From Cenococcum geophilum (lineage: Eukaryota), in contig CP158635.1 in the NCBI GenBank assembly GCA_050273025.1, positions 27,156,001 through 27,220,000 on the forward strand: a stretch of 64,000 nucleotides of DNA, in the 5' to 3' direction. The notes below the pieces were generated by a model that searched no databases, was not told the origin of the DNA, and saw nothing but the letters and a program-made list of their open reading frames with translations. Shown here one piece after another: positions 1-13,695 of this stretch. Positions within the stretch are counted from its first letter, which is position 1. Every line of letters starts with the position of its first letter. A program made the position numbers and the translations under genes.

Positions 1-601
1 CTTTAAGTCGTTTATTAAAGGCATAGTATTCCTATTTTTAATTTAATAACCTTTATTATTTCTAATGCCTTTTATTAGATCCTTTATATTTAATTATTAA
101 AATTAGCTAGTAACTATAATTTTTATAATTAGTAAAGTTATACTATCCTATTCTCGTTATATAGAGAAGAAGTTAGTATATATTATAATTGCGGCTCTAT
201 TTAGTTACTAACCTTTTTTTTATACTAAGTATACGCGAGTAAATATACGGTTATCCTATAACATTTAATCTATCTCTAACGCTAAGTATATATATTTTGC
301 GATTTTATATAATTGTCTTATACCTTATCTAATTTGGTATAAGGTCTTATATATTAAAAGTAACTAAAAAACTAAAGAGTAAACTATCTCTAGCTTTTGT
401 TAAGGTTTAACGTTACTTTAATAAAGTATCTTAGACTCTAAATGCTTAGTTAGATACTTATATTTAATTAACCTATCTCTTAAAGGTTTATAAAAAAGTA
501 CGCTTAAAGGAGTTACGTCTTATTAAATAAGGTTTAGCTAAGCTTAAGGCTAAAGAGACTAAAAAGAATTTTAATTAAAAAGAGGTGGAAATAACTTATA
601 C
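1..601 (-). mobile_element. Gypsy/chromovirus remnant A0, 3' region (host of element A; resumes at 22214)
   Basis: 1-600 is a diverged copy of ~1070-1655; sequence after 22213 continues the same family (matches ~1655-2170); TSD TATAC at 597-601 and 22214-22218. Confidence 0.85.
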
Positions 602-1013
602 TATAACAAAGCCTTGTAGGAAATACTACGGTAGACTTGTTAATAGGCTAGGTATATAGGTAAATAAGAAGTTAACAACGTAATAATAACTGGTGGAGTA
701 GTTGCCTAATAGATTAACTTTAATTATATTCTAAGATTTACTATAAAGAAAAGAAACTATCTATAGAGACCGTGTGTCCTTAAATATATAACTCCTCCCC
801 ATAGTAAAGGGTTTAGTACGTTAGTACGTTAGTACATTACGTCCCTATATTCCCACGTTCCTATATTCCGAACTTATAACGTAACTAGCTATATAACTTA
901 GCTACCCTTTATTCTATAGCTTAATTAGTTCTAGCGCCTCCTATACTATCTTAACTAACCCGTTTATATCCACTCTTAGTAGTCGCACTACTGCCGATAT
1001 AAGGTCCGTAACA
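602..1013 (-). repeat. 3' LTR of Gypsy A (412 bp)
   Basis: TATAACA...CCGTAACA ends (RIP'd TG..CA); PPT (CCATCCCCTCCTCTTT on +) follows; near-identical to 21794-22213. Confidence 0.92.
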
Positions 1014-1121
1014 CCATCCCCCTCCTCTTTATCTTTGTCCTTAAAGATATCCCTTATCTCTAAGTTATCTATTAAAGGTATAGCATTCCCATCTTTAATT
1101 TAATAACCTTTATTATTCCTA

Positions 1122-1770
1122 ATACCTCCTATTAAATCTTTTATATCTAACCGTTATAACTAGCTAGTAACGTTTATTCTATTACTTAGTAAAGTTATAC
1201 CATCCTATTCTCGTTATACGAAGAAGAAGTTAGTATATATTATAATCGTAGCTCTATTTAGTTGCTAACCTTCTTCTTATACTAAGTATATATAAGCGAA
1301 TATACGGTTATCTTATAATTTTTAATCCGTCTTTAATGCTAAGTATATACGTCTTATTATTCTTTATAACCGTTTAGTTTTTTATCTAATTTATCCTAGG
1401 ATTATATATATTAGTAGCGGCCGAAAGACTAAAGGGCAAGCTAGCTAAGGCCCTTACTAAAGTTTAGCGTAGTTTTAATAAGGCGTCTTAGGCTCTAAAA
1501 GCTTAACTAGATGCTTATGCTCGCCTAAGCCATCTAGTAAAGGTGCGTAAAAAGGTGCGCTTAAAAGAGCTTCGCTTAGTAGAGTAAGGTTTATCTAAAC
1601 TTAAGGCTTAGGAGGCTAAAAAGGATTCTATTTAAGAAGAGGTGGAAATAATTTATACGCTAGTAGTAGATCCCTTGGATAATTTGGCTCCCCTATTACT
1701 TTTAACTAATCCCTTTATTTTAGGCTTCTTCTTAATATTACCTAACCCGTTTTCTTCTAATACTTCTATA
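1122..1770 (+). pseudogene. Antisense accessory gene of Gypsy A: Zn(II)2Cys6-like cluster + coiled coil (RIP'd, probable intron ~1343-1399)
   Basis: Frame reads PSYSRYTKKKLVYIIIVALFSC*PSSYTKYI*ANIRLSY with six TAT codons at C-x2-C-x6-C-x13-C-x2-C-x8-C spacing; homologous to 56933-57560 and 35060-35668. End approximate. Confidence 0.6.
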
Positions 1771-4700
1771 CCTTTTCTATAGCATTTTTTAAATTCTATA
1801 GTGGTTCCTAGGTAGTTTTATTATAGCCTATCCACTTAACTTTATACTATATTTTATTATTAATGTCCTTATAACTAATAATCTTTAAAACTTATTATTT
1901 ATCTTCTTTTTATCCTCTATACGTGTCTACTTTATAGATTAGTGGCTTAATATTTCTATATACTGGCTCTAGTATTACAATATACTATATAGGGTAGATC
2001 TTTATCTTAGTTAGTAGGTTTAACTTAAATATAACCGGTAAAATCCTTTATATAATTTTAAAAAGTTCTAGCCTAATATAATATAATTTCTTACTTAGTT
2101 ATTAACTCTTAAAAATTTTGTGTAGTAGCTACACTTTATCCCCCTCCTTAAGATCTGGTCCCTTAGATCTTTTAGTATTATAGTACTTTTTTATTTTCTC
2201 TTATACCTTCTTTACTAATTCTATAAGGTTTATATAAAAATTTATTAGTGTTTTTATTCTTTCTTTGACTATACTACTTATTTTCTTTACTTACCGTAGT
2301 AATAATAATGTTCTTAGCTTATATCTATAATTTACCTTAAATAGTAATTGTCACGGGACTTATACGTTCTCACGTCTCTGCGCGTTTTGACGTTCTTGAC
2401 CCGTGCTCACGTTCGTCCCAAGACACCTACGCACGTTCCCCTACAACCCCTATTTATACCCGTACCTAACCTATTCTGTTTTGTTCTGTTCTAAATCTAA
2501 ATATCTTTATATTAACCACGCATAGTTACGCGTACGTAACCTTCTTTAATTACTACCCTGTTTAGTATATTGTATTCCAGCTCGTGCCTACTTCCGTGAC
2601 AGTAATATACCTATTCCTTTCTATAGTATTATATTATATATAAACTGTATAACTAGTAATAATAATACCTAATTATTCTGTATATAATTAATATAATGCC
2701 TTAAATATTATTCTAGCGTCTAATTTAATCTCTCTATTTATCCGTCCGTCTACGGATAATATATAATAGAAGTTGCTGCTCTAACTCCTTATTCCGCTAG
2801 GAATACCTTTTAAAATACTGCTATAAACTTTAAATCTCTGTCCAATATAATCTTACTTAGTACTCTATACCTTATAAACACTTTTTTAATATAGATTCTA
2901 GTAATATCTTCCGCTAAGATTTCTTCTATGCATGCTATAAAGTAGCCCTATTTAGTTAACTTATCTACTATTACTAAAATCGCGTTATATTCTTATCCGG
3001 TAATAAGATCTCTTAACTTTAGTAACTTAATAATAAAGTCCCATAATATAACCTCCCATAGTCTCTTTAGTATTTTAATAGGTTATAGCCCTCTATATAG
3101 CTTATACCTTATTAGTTTATTTCTTTAGTAATCTAAATACTCCTTTATTACTTTTCTAGCTATACCCTAGATTCCATTAATAATGTATTCTTTCTAAAGT
3201 CTTAATACTAAGCCTATTGCTCCGTTGTGTTCTTAAGTTATTCCCTTATAGAAATCTTCTATAAAATGCTCTGCTATACTTTTTAGGATATACTTTACAT
3301 CTTAATTTTCGTATATATCTACCTATAGATCTTCTAGCTGTACTTCTAGAATTCTTTATACCTAAAAGCTCTCTAGTATTTCGTAAACTCTTTTTAGTTC
3401 TCTATCCTCTTAAGTTGCTACTAGCTTAGGGTAATTATACCTAATTAATCCGTTATTATCTCTGCGTAGTATTACTCCTAATAGTTTCTTATTATTTTAT
3501 AGTTTAGCTTTTCTGCTAAGTACGTCTACTTTTATATTTTTAGTTCCTTTAGTATACTAAATCTTAAAATAGTATTCTATAAGCATTTCTACCTATCTAA
3601 CCTATCTATAATTAAGTTCTTTTATTATTAGGAACTCCGTTAGGTTTTTATAATCCATTTTAACTATAAATAGTTTCTCTACGCCTTATAAAAATGCTCT
3701 CTATTTCTTTAGTACTATAACTATACCTAATAACTCCTTATTATAGATATTATAGTTTAACTCTAGTGGTATTATCTTCCAACTATAGTATACTACTGGG
3801 TGCTATATATTCCTATACTTCTATAGCAAATATACTCCTAGTATATAGTCTAATACGTTTATTTCTATAACCGTATCTAATTCTAGTTAATAGATTTTAA
3901 AAATTAGCTCCTAGGTAAACAGTTCCTTAAGTTCTTTAAATAGCTTCCTTTACTTATTTCCCTATACCTATAGTTCCTCTTTCTTTATAAGCCTAGTAAA
4001 TAGTTTAATATTCTTTAACTATTATACTATAAACCTTTTATAGTAGTTGCAAAACCCTAAAAATAATCTTAACTGTATTACGTTTTCTAGTTTTTGCTAA
4101 CTTACTATAGCTTTAATTTTCTTTAAGTCCATACTAATATAACCTAGTTTAATAATAAATCTAATAAATTTTGTTTTTAGTGAAGAACTTATATTTCTTA
4201 ATTGCTATTAGCATCTATTCTTCTTATAGTCTCTTTAAGACCTATTTAACGTATTCTCTATATTTTTTCTTAGTTATTAAGTAGATAATAATATTATTAA
4301 GGTGTTCTCCTAACACGCTATTAATTCTTTTTTAAAACGTTACTAGTATATTTGTTAATCCGAATTATATAACTAATAGTTTATATAGTCCTTCTCTTAA
4401 CCTAAAGGCTGCCTTCTATTTATCGCCTTTCTTAATTCTAATCTAATAGTACGCCTATCTCAGATCTATCTTTATAAAGATTTGTATATTACCTATCTAA
4501 TCTTAAATTTCACTAATTAAGAGTAAAGGATACCTATTCTTTTAAGTAATGCTATTTAACTACCTATAGTTAATATATAATCTAAGTTTTCCGTTTTTTT
4601 TTAGTATAAATAATACTAGATAACCTGCTAATAATTGTAATGGTCTAATATATCCCTTTTATAAGTTCTTTTAGATAAACTCTTTAAGTGCTCTTAACTT

Positions 4701-5330
4701 TTCTTAAGTAAGCTTATAGGTTGGAAAAAACCTTAGACTTATTTCTAGTTCTAACTCTATCTTATAGTTCTATACTATATAATCTGCTAGCTTTTTACTT
4801 TCTAGGCTCTATAGTTTCCTACTATACTTATAGTATCTTTTTAGTACGTAACTTAAGCCTTACTTAGTCTCTTCGTATATTGCTCTAACTTAGTACTATA
4901 CTAACTTGGTTTACTATTATATCTTACAGTATTAAGTATTTCTAATATTAACCTAACCTATAATCTAATTAATCTTTAGATTATATTCTTATAACTAAGG
5001 TATACCTAATACTGCCTTATTCCGTCCTAATAGTAGGATATTAAAAGATATCTTAATTCGTCTCCCTTTAATAGTTATCTAAATAGGTCCTGTTTTAAGG
5101 TTAATAATCCCTCCTCTATAAGTTATCAGATCTCCTAAAATTATAACTAATAGGTAAAGTTACTCCTTCTACCTATAAGGTAGTTTTATTTTTTAACTGC
5201 TACTAATAAGATATAGTTCCGTATTGCTCTACTATCTATTAGTACTTTAAACTACTAATCTTACTAATTAACTTATAAATTTAGGTATTATCCTTAAATT
5301 CCTTTAAGGGTCTAAGGCTCTACTACTAGC
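1740..5330 (-). pseudogene. pol: Gypsy A pol (protease-RT-RNase H-integrase-chromodomain), RIP'd, interrupted by solo LTR
   Basis: Reverse strand shows remnants of RT (RYPLLLISEI, FIKIDLR*AYY), RNase H (NYNIYNKELLG), integrase and chromodomain; colinear with 31700-35080. Confidence 0.88.
2349..2601. mobile_element. Solo LTR (253 bp) of an unrelated family inserted in A integrase
   Basis: TGTCACGG...CCGTGACA inverted ends, TSD GTAAT (2344-2348, 2602-2606); absent from the equivalent site in copies L and I. Confidence 0.9.
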
Positions 5331-5449
5331 TCCCTTTAGTCCTATAGGCCTTTACTTTTTCTAACTATTAGCTACTTAATCCTTATATACTTAGCTTATT
5401 CTTTAGCTAATACCTAGTTCGCTTTTTGTCCTTAATATACTATAGACAT

Positions 5450-6665
5450 GCTCCTCCGTCGTCGTCTCCCCCTTCGCTCCTGGCTATATAGCCCCTACGG
5501 ACACGTCACCAGACGCCAAATACCAGACACATCACAACCTCTACTACAACCAGTCTACAGCCATTACGCTGCAGACGACCTCCGCAACCTGTCTACAGCC
5601 ATCAAGCTGCAGACAACCTCCCATAACCTGTCTACAGCCATCAGGCTGCAGACGACCTCTACCACAACCTGTCTACAGCCATCAAGCTGCAGACGACCTC
5701 TACTACAACCTGTCTACAGCTATTAGGCTGCAGACGACCTCTACCACAACCTGTCTACAGCCATCAAGCTGCAGACGACCTCTACTACAACCTGTCTACA
5801 GCCATTAAGCTGCAGACGACCTCCCATAACCTGTCTACAGCCATCAAGCTGCAGACGACCTCCACCGCAACCTGTCTACAGCCATCAGGCTGCAGACGAC
5901 CTCTACCACAACCGCAACCACTACCACCACCACTACCGCTACAATATACCATACAACACCGCACTATAGGCGTACCGCAGATGCGCAGATAGGGTAGCCA
6001 CAGCAGGGGGGAAAGGGGAAGGGGGCCGGCCCGTGTTACTTTAGCACGTAAAATATAAGGTGTATGGGCGAATTGGTATTTATACCCTATACAGACAACC
6101 TCGTGAAAATTTTCCTATGGGAGTGGGTTTACGTAGCGAGGTTCGCCCTTATAAAATACCATTAGTAGGTTACTTTTGGGGAGAGTACCTACTAATTACT
6201 AATTCCCTACCCTTTTCTTAAGCAAGGAGAAGAAACAGGGTACAGAATTCCAAAAAAAGTTGTATGGGGGTAATTGGTAGCTGCTTCCAAGCTAGTAAGC
6301 TATTAGGTTTCTCTTATTCTTATATGCAAAACTATTTTATTAAAATTAAAATCTATCTTTTAGAGCGCTTTTTCTACTCTAGAAATAGCAGAATACGGCA
6401 GAAATAGATAAAAGAGCCAGAATTTCCTTAGTGCGAATTTCCTTGGTGCGAAACTAGATATTAGTGAGCAAAATACCAGAATAAAAAAACACCAGCAGCT
6501 AGAGCTCCCCTAGCATTTTTAAAACCGGGCCGGAGTGTCTACTTAGTTACTAGTGCATGTTAAGCTGCCTTAGAAGGATTCATGTATATAGGACTATAGC
6601 GCCATAGCCTAGAGGCTGCATGCGCAGTATTGTACGTAGTATAATACAACGGATATAAAAAAAAA
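5450..6665 (+). mobile_element. Non-autonomous non-LTR retroposon (SINE-like or 5'-truncated LINE) with poly(A) tail
   Basis: 13-bp TSD ATACTATAGACAT (5437-5449, 6666-6678), A-run at 6657-6666; host sequence is uninterrupted in copy L (~31575-31600). Confidence 0.85.
5530..5915 (+). repeat. Tandem array of ~9 units of 39/41 bp, each with an internal inverted repeat
   Basis: Unit ACAACCTGTCTACAGCCATCAAGCTGCAGACGACCTCTACT; CCTGTC recurs at 5588, 5627, 5668, 5709, 5750, 5791, 5830, 5871. Confidence 0.95.
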
Positions 6666-8049
6666 ATACTATAGACATATATTTTCTAGGCATTCCCACT
6701 ACTATTATTTGTCTAAGTATTCTTTTATAAGGAATCTTTTTAGTTAAAGTATTAAGTCTCTTAACTCCTAAACTTCTACTAGATGCTATCTATGTATATA
6801 CTTAGTATTTCTATACTATCGCTTATTTAGCGCCTAATATATCCTTATAGGGTACTTCTAATTTTTTTCCTTTGGATTTTTATACATTTTATATATATTA
6901 TCTACGTATACAATCTATAATAGCGTATAGTATACTAGGTACTTTAGGTTAACTCTTAACTTATTTTTATCTTTAAGTTTAAACCTTTATTATATTAATT
7001 TAAATATTATAACTTTATTTATAAGTACTAAAATACATTTTTTTACTTCTCTAGTCCTCTAATTATTCCTCTAGATCCTTTAACGTTATAATTAAGGCTC
7101 CCTTAATATAAGTTATAGCTTTTTCTATAATTAGGTGGTCCTAGATAACTTGTTTATCTAACTATATATAGAAATCTTCCTACTTATTATTGTGTCGTTG
7201 CCTATATCACTTTTAGTATAGCTGTTAAAGTATATACGGTTTATCCGTAAGGAAGTATCTTCTTATTACTATATTGTAATAGCCCTTTATATATCGTTCC
7301 TTAAACCTAGTTAGGATCCCTAAATTCTCTTTATCTTCTAGTTTAGTAAGCCACTTAGCTCTTAGTATGCCTGCCCTAGGCCTATTAGTAATTCTTTATA
7401 TAGGTGCTCTGTCCCTTATACAACCTAGTATACTAATCTTTTAATTTAGCTTTTACTCTTACTAAGCGAGGATTCTTTACCTAAATTCCTCCCTAGTTTC
7501 CTTTAGTTTGCGTCTTATAAGTAGGTCCTTAAAGTCTTCTTACTTCTTAATCTTAGTTTATTTAATAGTCCTTATTTATATTTAGAAATTTTAGTCCTAT
7601 AGGATTCTTAATGTCGGTATACTCACTTTATCAACGTGCACGAATATCACTTGTAGTGGTACGTATGCGGTGTTGAAGTTAGTAGTTAATTGTTTTTAGA
7701 AGAAAGGGGTTACTCTAAGGTCAGACCAGTTAGTCTCACTTCGTAGTCTCATAACTACGTCACGTGATTAACGTTCCGACACTGGAGCAACTCTAAAAAG
7801 AAGGCTAATCTATACTCTAAAGTCAAGTCTTCTAGACTACTTGTAGTGTATATGTAATAGCTAGCTCTTCCGTCCATAATATGTAATAGCTCTACCTTTA
7901 ATCCTAAAGCGTGTCGCCTATTGGATTCTGCCATACCGTTAAACCGGCCAATTAGGATTTTCCATCCCCGGGATAGAAAATCGCTATTAGCTCGCCTGCT
8001 ACTAGCGCCTTAGCGGCTGGCTCTGTATAGTATGAGTCCGTACCTACTA

Positions 8050-11000
8050 AAGCCAAATCCGTTTGTTTAACCTACCCTACGGCCTATAATTCGACTCGAT
8101 TTATATTAATAAGTTGTAATAGTGCCGTATAAGGCTTACCCTTTATTATAGCGTCTATAGGGTTAGTATCTCTATCAATCTACTTAACTTTAGTAATCTG
8201 TTTTTATTCGTAAGCTTAGCGAAGGCACATTATATTAATTATTAAGCGTTTCTTTTATGTAGTTTCTAGTCGAACGAGACAGTTATATAAGGACTTTAAA
8301 TTAGTATAAAGAACGAGTGGCAAGTTGACCTGTAGGACCTTATCTAGCGTAGATTTAATTATAGCGCCTATATCGAAACCGTGCGCTATACCGTATAGCT
8401 TTAAGGCTAATACACTCCTAGTAACTCTTTTGCACTTAATTAAGGACCAATAGACGATATTTGCCTTATTTAAGGCGTCTGCTAGTATAAGTATATAGCC
8501 GATTTACGAAGATAGGTCCTTATTATTGGCGAAGGAAGCGTCCGTAAATACTAGGAGTTATAAGGTATTAACGTCTAGCTTAACAAACTTTAGGCTTCTA
8601 TTTGCGTTCTTAATCTGCTAGCTTAATTGCTTATTAAAACTCTTTATATTATCTTTAACTAAATTAATTACCTAGGTAGTAAGGGATAGGTTAAATAAGG
8701 CCTCTGGCTGATAGACTAAGGCAATATAGGCTCTTCTGGCGCGTTAAGCGATATACTAGTCCTTTAGCGTAAGTAGGCCACGCGTAACTCCTTTGGAGCT
8801 AGTACTATCTACTAGCGTAGTATTAACCATACTACGGTTCTTATACTGGCGCTTTTACGTTAGCGTAATACTCCTATCTTATATTAATTAAATAAGTCCT
8901 CCGTTAAACTTAATTGGTATATTAGCGGTCAGTTACTCTTACTCCTTAGCTATAAATTCGGCCTTATATAGTTCGCTTTATTTAGCCTCTATAAAGGTAT
9001 TATCTGCGAGGAATAGTGTATTATTAGTCTATAGGCCGACGATTCCAAAAGGCTTATTGCTGTAAAGCAAGTAAGGGTCGTATATGGACTGGTCTATTCG
9101 CAGCTAATTAACGTAGTATAAATAGTAAGTCTTAAACCAGTAGTTTCTAGCTTTAGGTACTCTATAAAGTGGCTTTATAACCTTTAGAACGGAGTTCGTA
9201 TTAATTCCTAATTATTTATTTAGCTTATATAGTAGTTATACGTAGAACTCGCGGTTTAGGTTCGTAGTAGACTAGATATAGGCTTATAAGATATCTTAGA
9301 GGTAAAGTCGTGTCTACGGTAGTATAGCAGCAATATAGAGAATTAGCCGCTGGCTAACTTATTAAATTATCAGTAACTAAGTAAGGACCAGCTCTTTCTC
9401 TAAGTTATTATAGGCCTATATAATAAGTTATAATTTCTTAAAGGCTTTATTGGTTCCTTTATTCTTAATCTTGTTAACAAACTATAAATTAAAGAGTTTA
9501 ACCCCCTTTAGTATATCGTGTAGTTTAATAATCTTAAAGACGCCTTTCTCGAGTAGGCCTATAACCTCCTTTTATCGTAAAGCGCTAAATTAGGTGTTGC
9601 TATTGTTCTATAAGTAAATTCTAGTGCTAGCCGTATCTGCGGTATCATCGTCCTATAAGTAGATAGCGATATCTATAATATCCGCAATATCCGCAATATT
9701 ACCTGTGAAAGCGTCTATATCTATTATAGTATCCATAACAGTTATATTTATAACGGCCGTAAGCAATAGATATTTATGGGGGCGACCTCTACCTCGCTTT
9801 AGCGGAAGCTATAGTTTAGCCTTAGGTAACGATTAAGGTTTAGCTGGTAAAGGTACTAGTTTATCTAATTTAGTAGACTCTTGTGGTTCGACTAGGTCTT
9901 ATAGGTCTAGTAGGTAAGGTTTTACAATTATAGAGCGGAAGGTTGTAGGCCTATTTAGTAGCTTTATAGTATAGGTTTTACTGTTAACGGTAAGTAGTAT
10001 ATATGGTCCGTCCTAATAACTACTTTAGCTAGTATTACCTTCTCTCCAGACTAAGACAGGCGAACTAGGTGGAAGGCCGTAAATAGCGTCAGTTTGTGGT
10101 CCATTTCGTATATTAAGAGCGTCAGCGATCTGTTATTCAGCTTATAGCTTCTAGATTTCCACTATTGCTTTCTTAATAGCCGCAGCTTGTTATATAACTA
10201 AAGGTAATAGCGCGTCTAATTCGACTATTTGGGGGTAGGCTCTAAAGACTAGGAGTATAGGGACTAGGCCTTCTAGGCCGGCTGTGTTATTAATAGCTTT
10301 AAAGGCCATTTGTAGGGCCATCTCCTTACTAATTTTAGGGATTTTAGTTGTAATAATCTGGTAGGCTCGTTGTAGCGGACCGTAGTAGCGTTCTACCATT
10401 CTAATAGAATTGTGTGATTCGACTAGAACCGACTTTATAATTGCTCCCATAGTAGCAGCGTAGTGCTTAAACTCCTTACTAATAAAGTTCTTCCTAGCGT
10501 CTATAATGATTAAGTCTAGTAGTCCTAAATAGCTATTAATCTAGCATATTTAAAGAACGTCCTAAGTATGCTTAGCGCTAATGTCTTATAGCTATCTGCC
10601 AGCTTAAAATCGAGTTGCTTTGTTAACTACGTATAGTAGGGGGGAGCCGCTAATATGCATAATGTTAACGATAATATTATAATTAAAATTAACGTTGTCT
10701 TATAAGGTAAAGCGAAATCTACCTAGGGGTTTACTAAACTTCTAGCAGTAGTAGCAGAGTTTAGTTAGCTCTTTAATAGCAGATTTATTAGTGTTATAGC
10801 TATAGCCAGCCTTGTTAAGAAGCTTTTATAGTTTATTAACTAATGGGTAACCAAATCGATGGTATAGGTGTCGTAGTTCTACGTTAGTTAAGTAGCAAGG
10901 GTTTGTATTAAAAAACTTAACTAAATAAGACTGTAAGGAGAAGCTCTATAAGAGAAATGGGTAGCCAAATCGTCTAACTACTAGCACCCTTTTAGTGCGA

Positions 11001-13120
11001 GTAATAATAACGTCCTTTAGGTTATCGTATTTAATATAAAGTCTGTCCATATCTACTAGGTAAAGTAGAAAAGGAGTATCTGCTTTAATAATATAGAATT
11101 ATACCTTACCTATAAGGCTGTTAACGTCTATAGTTCCGATAGACGTAGAGGCTCTAATCCTATTAAGGCTTACGGACTTGTCTACGGTCTATAAAGCTTA
11201 GAATTGGCCGTAGCCAGCTATAGACTTACGCGAAGTACCTATATCGATTATAATTCCTATAAAGACCGTCGAGGTATATCGTGGCGCTGTAGTTGTGGCC
11301 ATACTGTAGGTAAATGGGTCGGTCTCCATATAAGGTTCCGTAGTAGACTTCGTAGTAAGTTTTAAAGCTATAAGTAGGTATATATAAGCCTTATTAGCTA
11401 GCTCTACGCTTATAGAGGTTGCTTTCTCCGTAGTAAGTGTTCTAAAGGTGGTGATATAGGCAGAACTATTATTAGGTTCTCCGGCATCGCTCCTAAAGCC
11501 GTTAGTGTTATATATATAGGCTTTAAAGTCTAAGTTATTATCTTTATCTCTTTTACAAGCAGCGACGTATTGCTTAAAGTAGTTGTTAAAGTTGCCCTTA
11601 TTGCGGCCCTTAATATTAATAAAACGTCTCTTATAGTCGTCTCTGGACCGATTACGCTCCTCCTCTATATATTTCTATAAACGGCAGTCCTCCTTCTTAT
11701 AGACGTAGCACTTGGCCCTTAGTCTGCCGTTAGTCCTATAGGGGCAATTACTACTATAGCGATTGGTGTTTCGGTCTCGATTCTGGTCATTTCAGTAGTA
11801 GCGTTAATCTGTAAAAAAGGCTTAGTAAGATGATCTTATTAAGGCCTATAGGGGGTGTTCTTTTTCCCATATAATAATAGAGGATTATAGCTTACTAATT
11901 AACTGAGAAAGGTTTTCTAAAGGGTTAGAGACAGCAATATAGCATGCTAATACTCCCTAGTAAGTAGTAACTAACTTATTTATAAGAATACGGTTTATAT
12001 AAAAGTCTAGGTATAGTTTATAATGTTACTTTAGCAGCTTATCTATAAGTAGTTAGAAGTTCTAATAGATTAACTTATTAGGGTTCTCGTCCATAACTCC
12101 TTAGAGGGTTATACTGTTCCACTCTATAAGGTTCTTGCGGTAGTATTCTAGCCCTTTAAAGAACTGTTGTATATAGTTATAGGCTTTAGTAAAAGGTCTT
12201 AACTTAAGGTTACTATTATAGTAGTAGTCCTAAGTAAGCCCTTTTAGCATGCTAGGGAATGCTACTATATAGCCTTCTGGTGGCAAGCCAGATCTCTTAC
12301 AGATATTATAGAAGATAGTTAACTTAAAGTCAAAGCTGTTACTAACTCTATTATACTTTTGGTCGTCTATGTAAATCTTTATAATTATAGCCACCTCTTT
12401 ACTATATTTAGGTCCTTATCTAGGTCCTTGCTCTATACTAGGCATAACTGGTTTAGGTAGTATATATATATATAGCTGCTACGGTTACTACGGCTACTAT
12501 AGCTGCTGTGGTTGCTGCTCTCTTAGCTATAGCAGTTAGTTAATAAGAGCGTGGATTTAGTTATAATTAGAGGATTAAGGACTAGGAGGGGTAGTAGGGG
12601 TAGTAGGGGCAGCAATTGGAGTAGCTGGCGGTGCAGCGGTAGAAGTAGATCTAGGGGGGGTAGTAGGGGTAGCGGGGGCAGCGATTGGAGTAGCTAGTGG
12701 TGTAGTAATTAGAGTAGCTAGCGGTGCAGCGATTAGAGTAGCTAGTGGTATAGCGAGCTTATTTAAGGTCGCATTAAGTCGGTCTTATAGAGCCATAGTA
12801 ATTATTAGCTTAATATTATTAAGGGCTAGACTAATCTCTTTGTCCGTCTATTCGTGAAACTCTTTTTTATTAGTAATATCCGTTAGTACCTTGCTAAGGG
12901 AGTATCTCTTATCTTACTTAACAATATATACTCCTTTCTTAACTAGGTATTTACGGATTCCTATTTTAGTATTAGATTATACTTATATAAAGATTTCTAG
13001 CGTAAAGTCCTTAAAGTTTTCCTAAAATACTATCTATAATAAAGAGTCTGTAAGGTTGGATTGTGTATATAGGTGCATCTTAGTCTCTATATACTCCGCT
13101 AGATCGTTATCTATAGCCGT
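8050..13120 (-). pseudogene. Copia B gag-pol polyprotein remnant
   Basis: Track ORF 10190-10450 is integrase core (HNSIRMVERYY); KPLYRVPKARNYWF RT motif ~9135-9180; many RIP stops. Confidence 0.85.
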
Positions 13121-13399
13121 CTCTAAGTCAATTCTGTTACTGTATTTAGCAATTCTTTCCTTCTAGTTAATTTCCATGTTGTCGTGTTTTTGTATATATT
13201 TAGTTTAAGGTTAAGTAAAGGTTCTAGAGGTTTAAGTTTAAGGTTAAAGTTTAAGGTTAGGGTTAAGGTTAAGGTTAAGGTTATATTAAGGTTAGGGGTA
13301 TAGTTAAGGTTAAGGTTAAGGGTATAAAGGTATATATATGTCCTATTAACGAATCTACAGTTCTTAGATACTATAGACAATTCTTAGCAGAGATATGGT

Positions 13400-13695
13400 C
13401 CTCTAGGCAATCTAACACGTTAACAGTTAAGTTAATACGTGGTTTTAAGCTTTAAGGGTCCTCTAGGCAATCTAGCGCATTAGCAAGCTGATACGTAGTC
13501 TTAAGCTTTAAGGATAACGTAGCTCTCTCTAAGTAAAGATACGGTTCTCTAGGCGATTTAACGCGTTAGCGGTTAAGCTAATACGTGGTTTTAAGCTTTA
13601 AGGGTAACGTAGTTTTCTCCTTTAACTAAAATAGGGCGATAGCTCTGCGATTTAACGCGTTAGTAGTTAAGCCAATGCGTGGTTTCAAGCTTTGC
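13400..13695 (-). repeat. ~4 degenerate tandem repeats in the 5' leader of Copia B
   Basis: Recurring GGCAATCTAACRCGTTAGC...AAGCTAATACGTGGTTTTAAGCTTTAAGG blocks. Confidence 0.75.

Noticed and set aside
5530..5915. CRISPR-like array of palindromic repeats
   Set aside because: Units are contiguous with no unique spacers, there are no cas genes, and the context is fungal.
7607..7611. Shared CTTAA TSD of Copia B and Gypsy L as target specificity
   Set aside because: Unrelated integrases, other TSDs differ, and RIP makes TTAA common.
13200..13330. Interstitial telomere (TTAGGG/TTAAGG)
   Set aside because: Mostly TTAAGG with few TTAGGG, inside the Copia B leader; best explained as a RIP'd low-complexity hexamer repeat.
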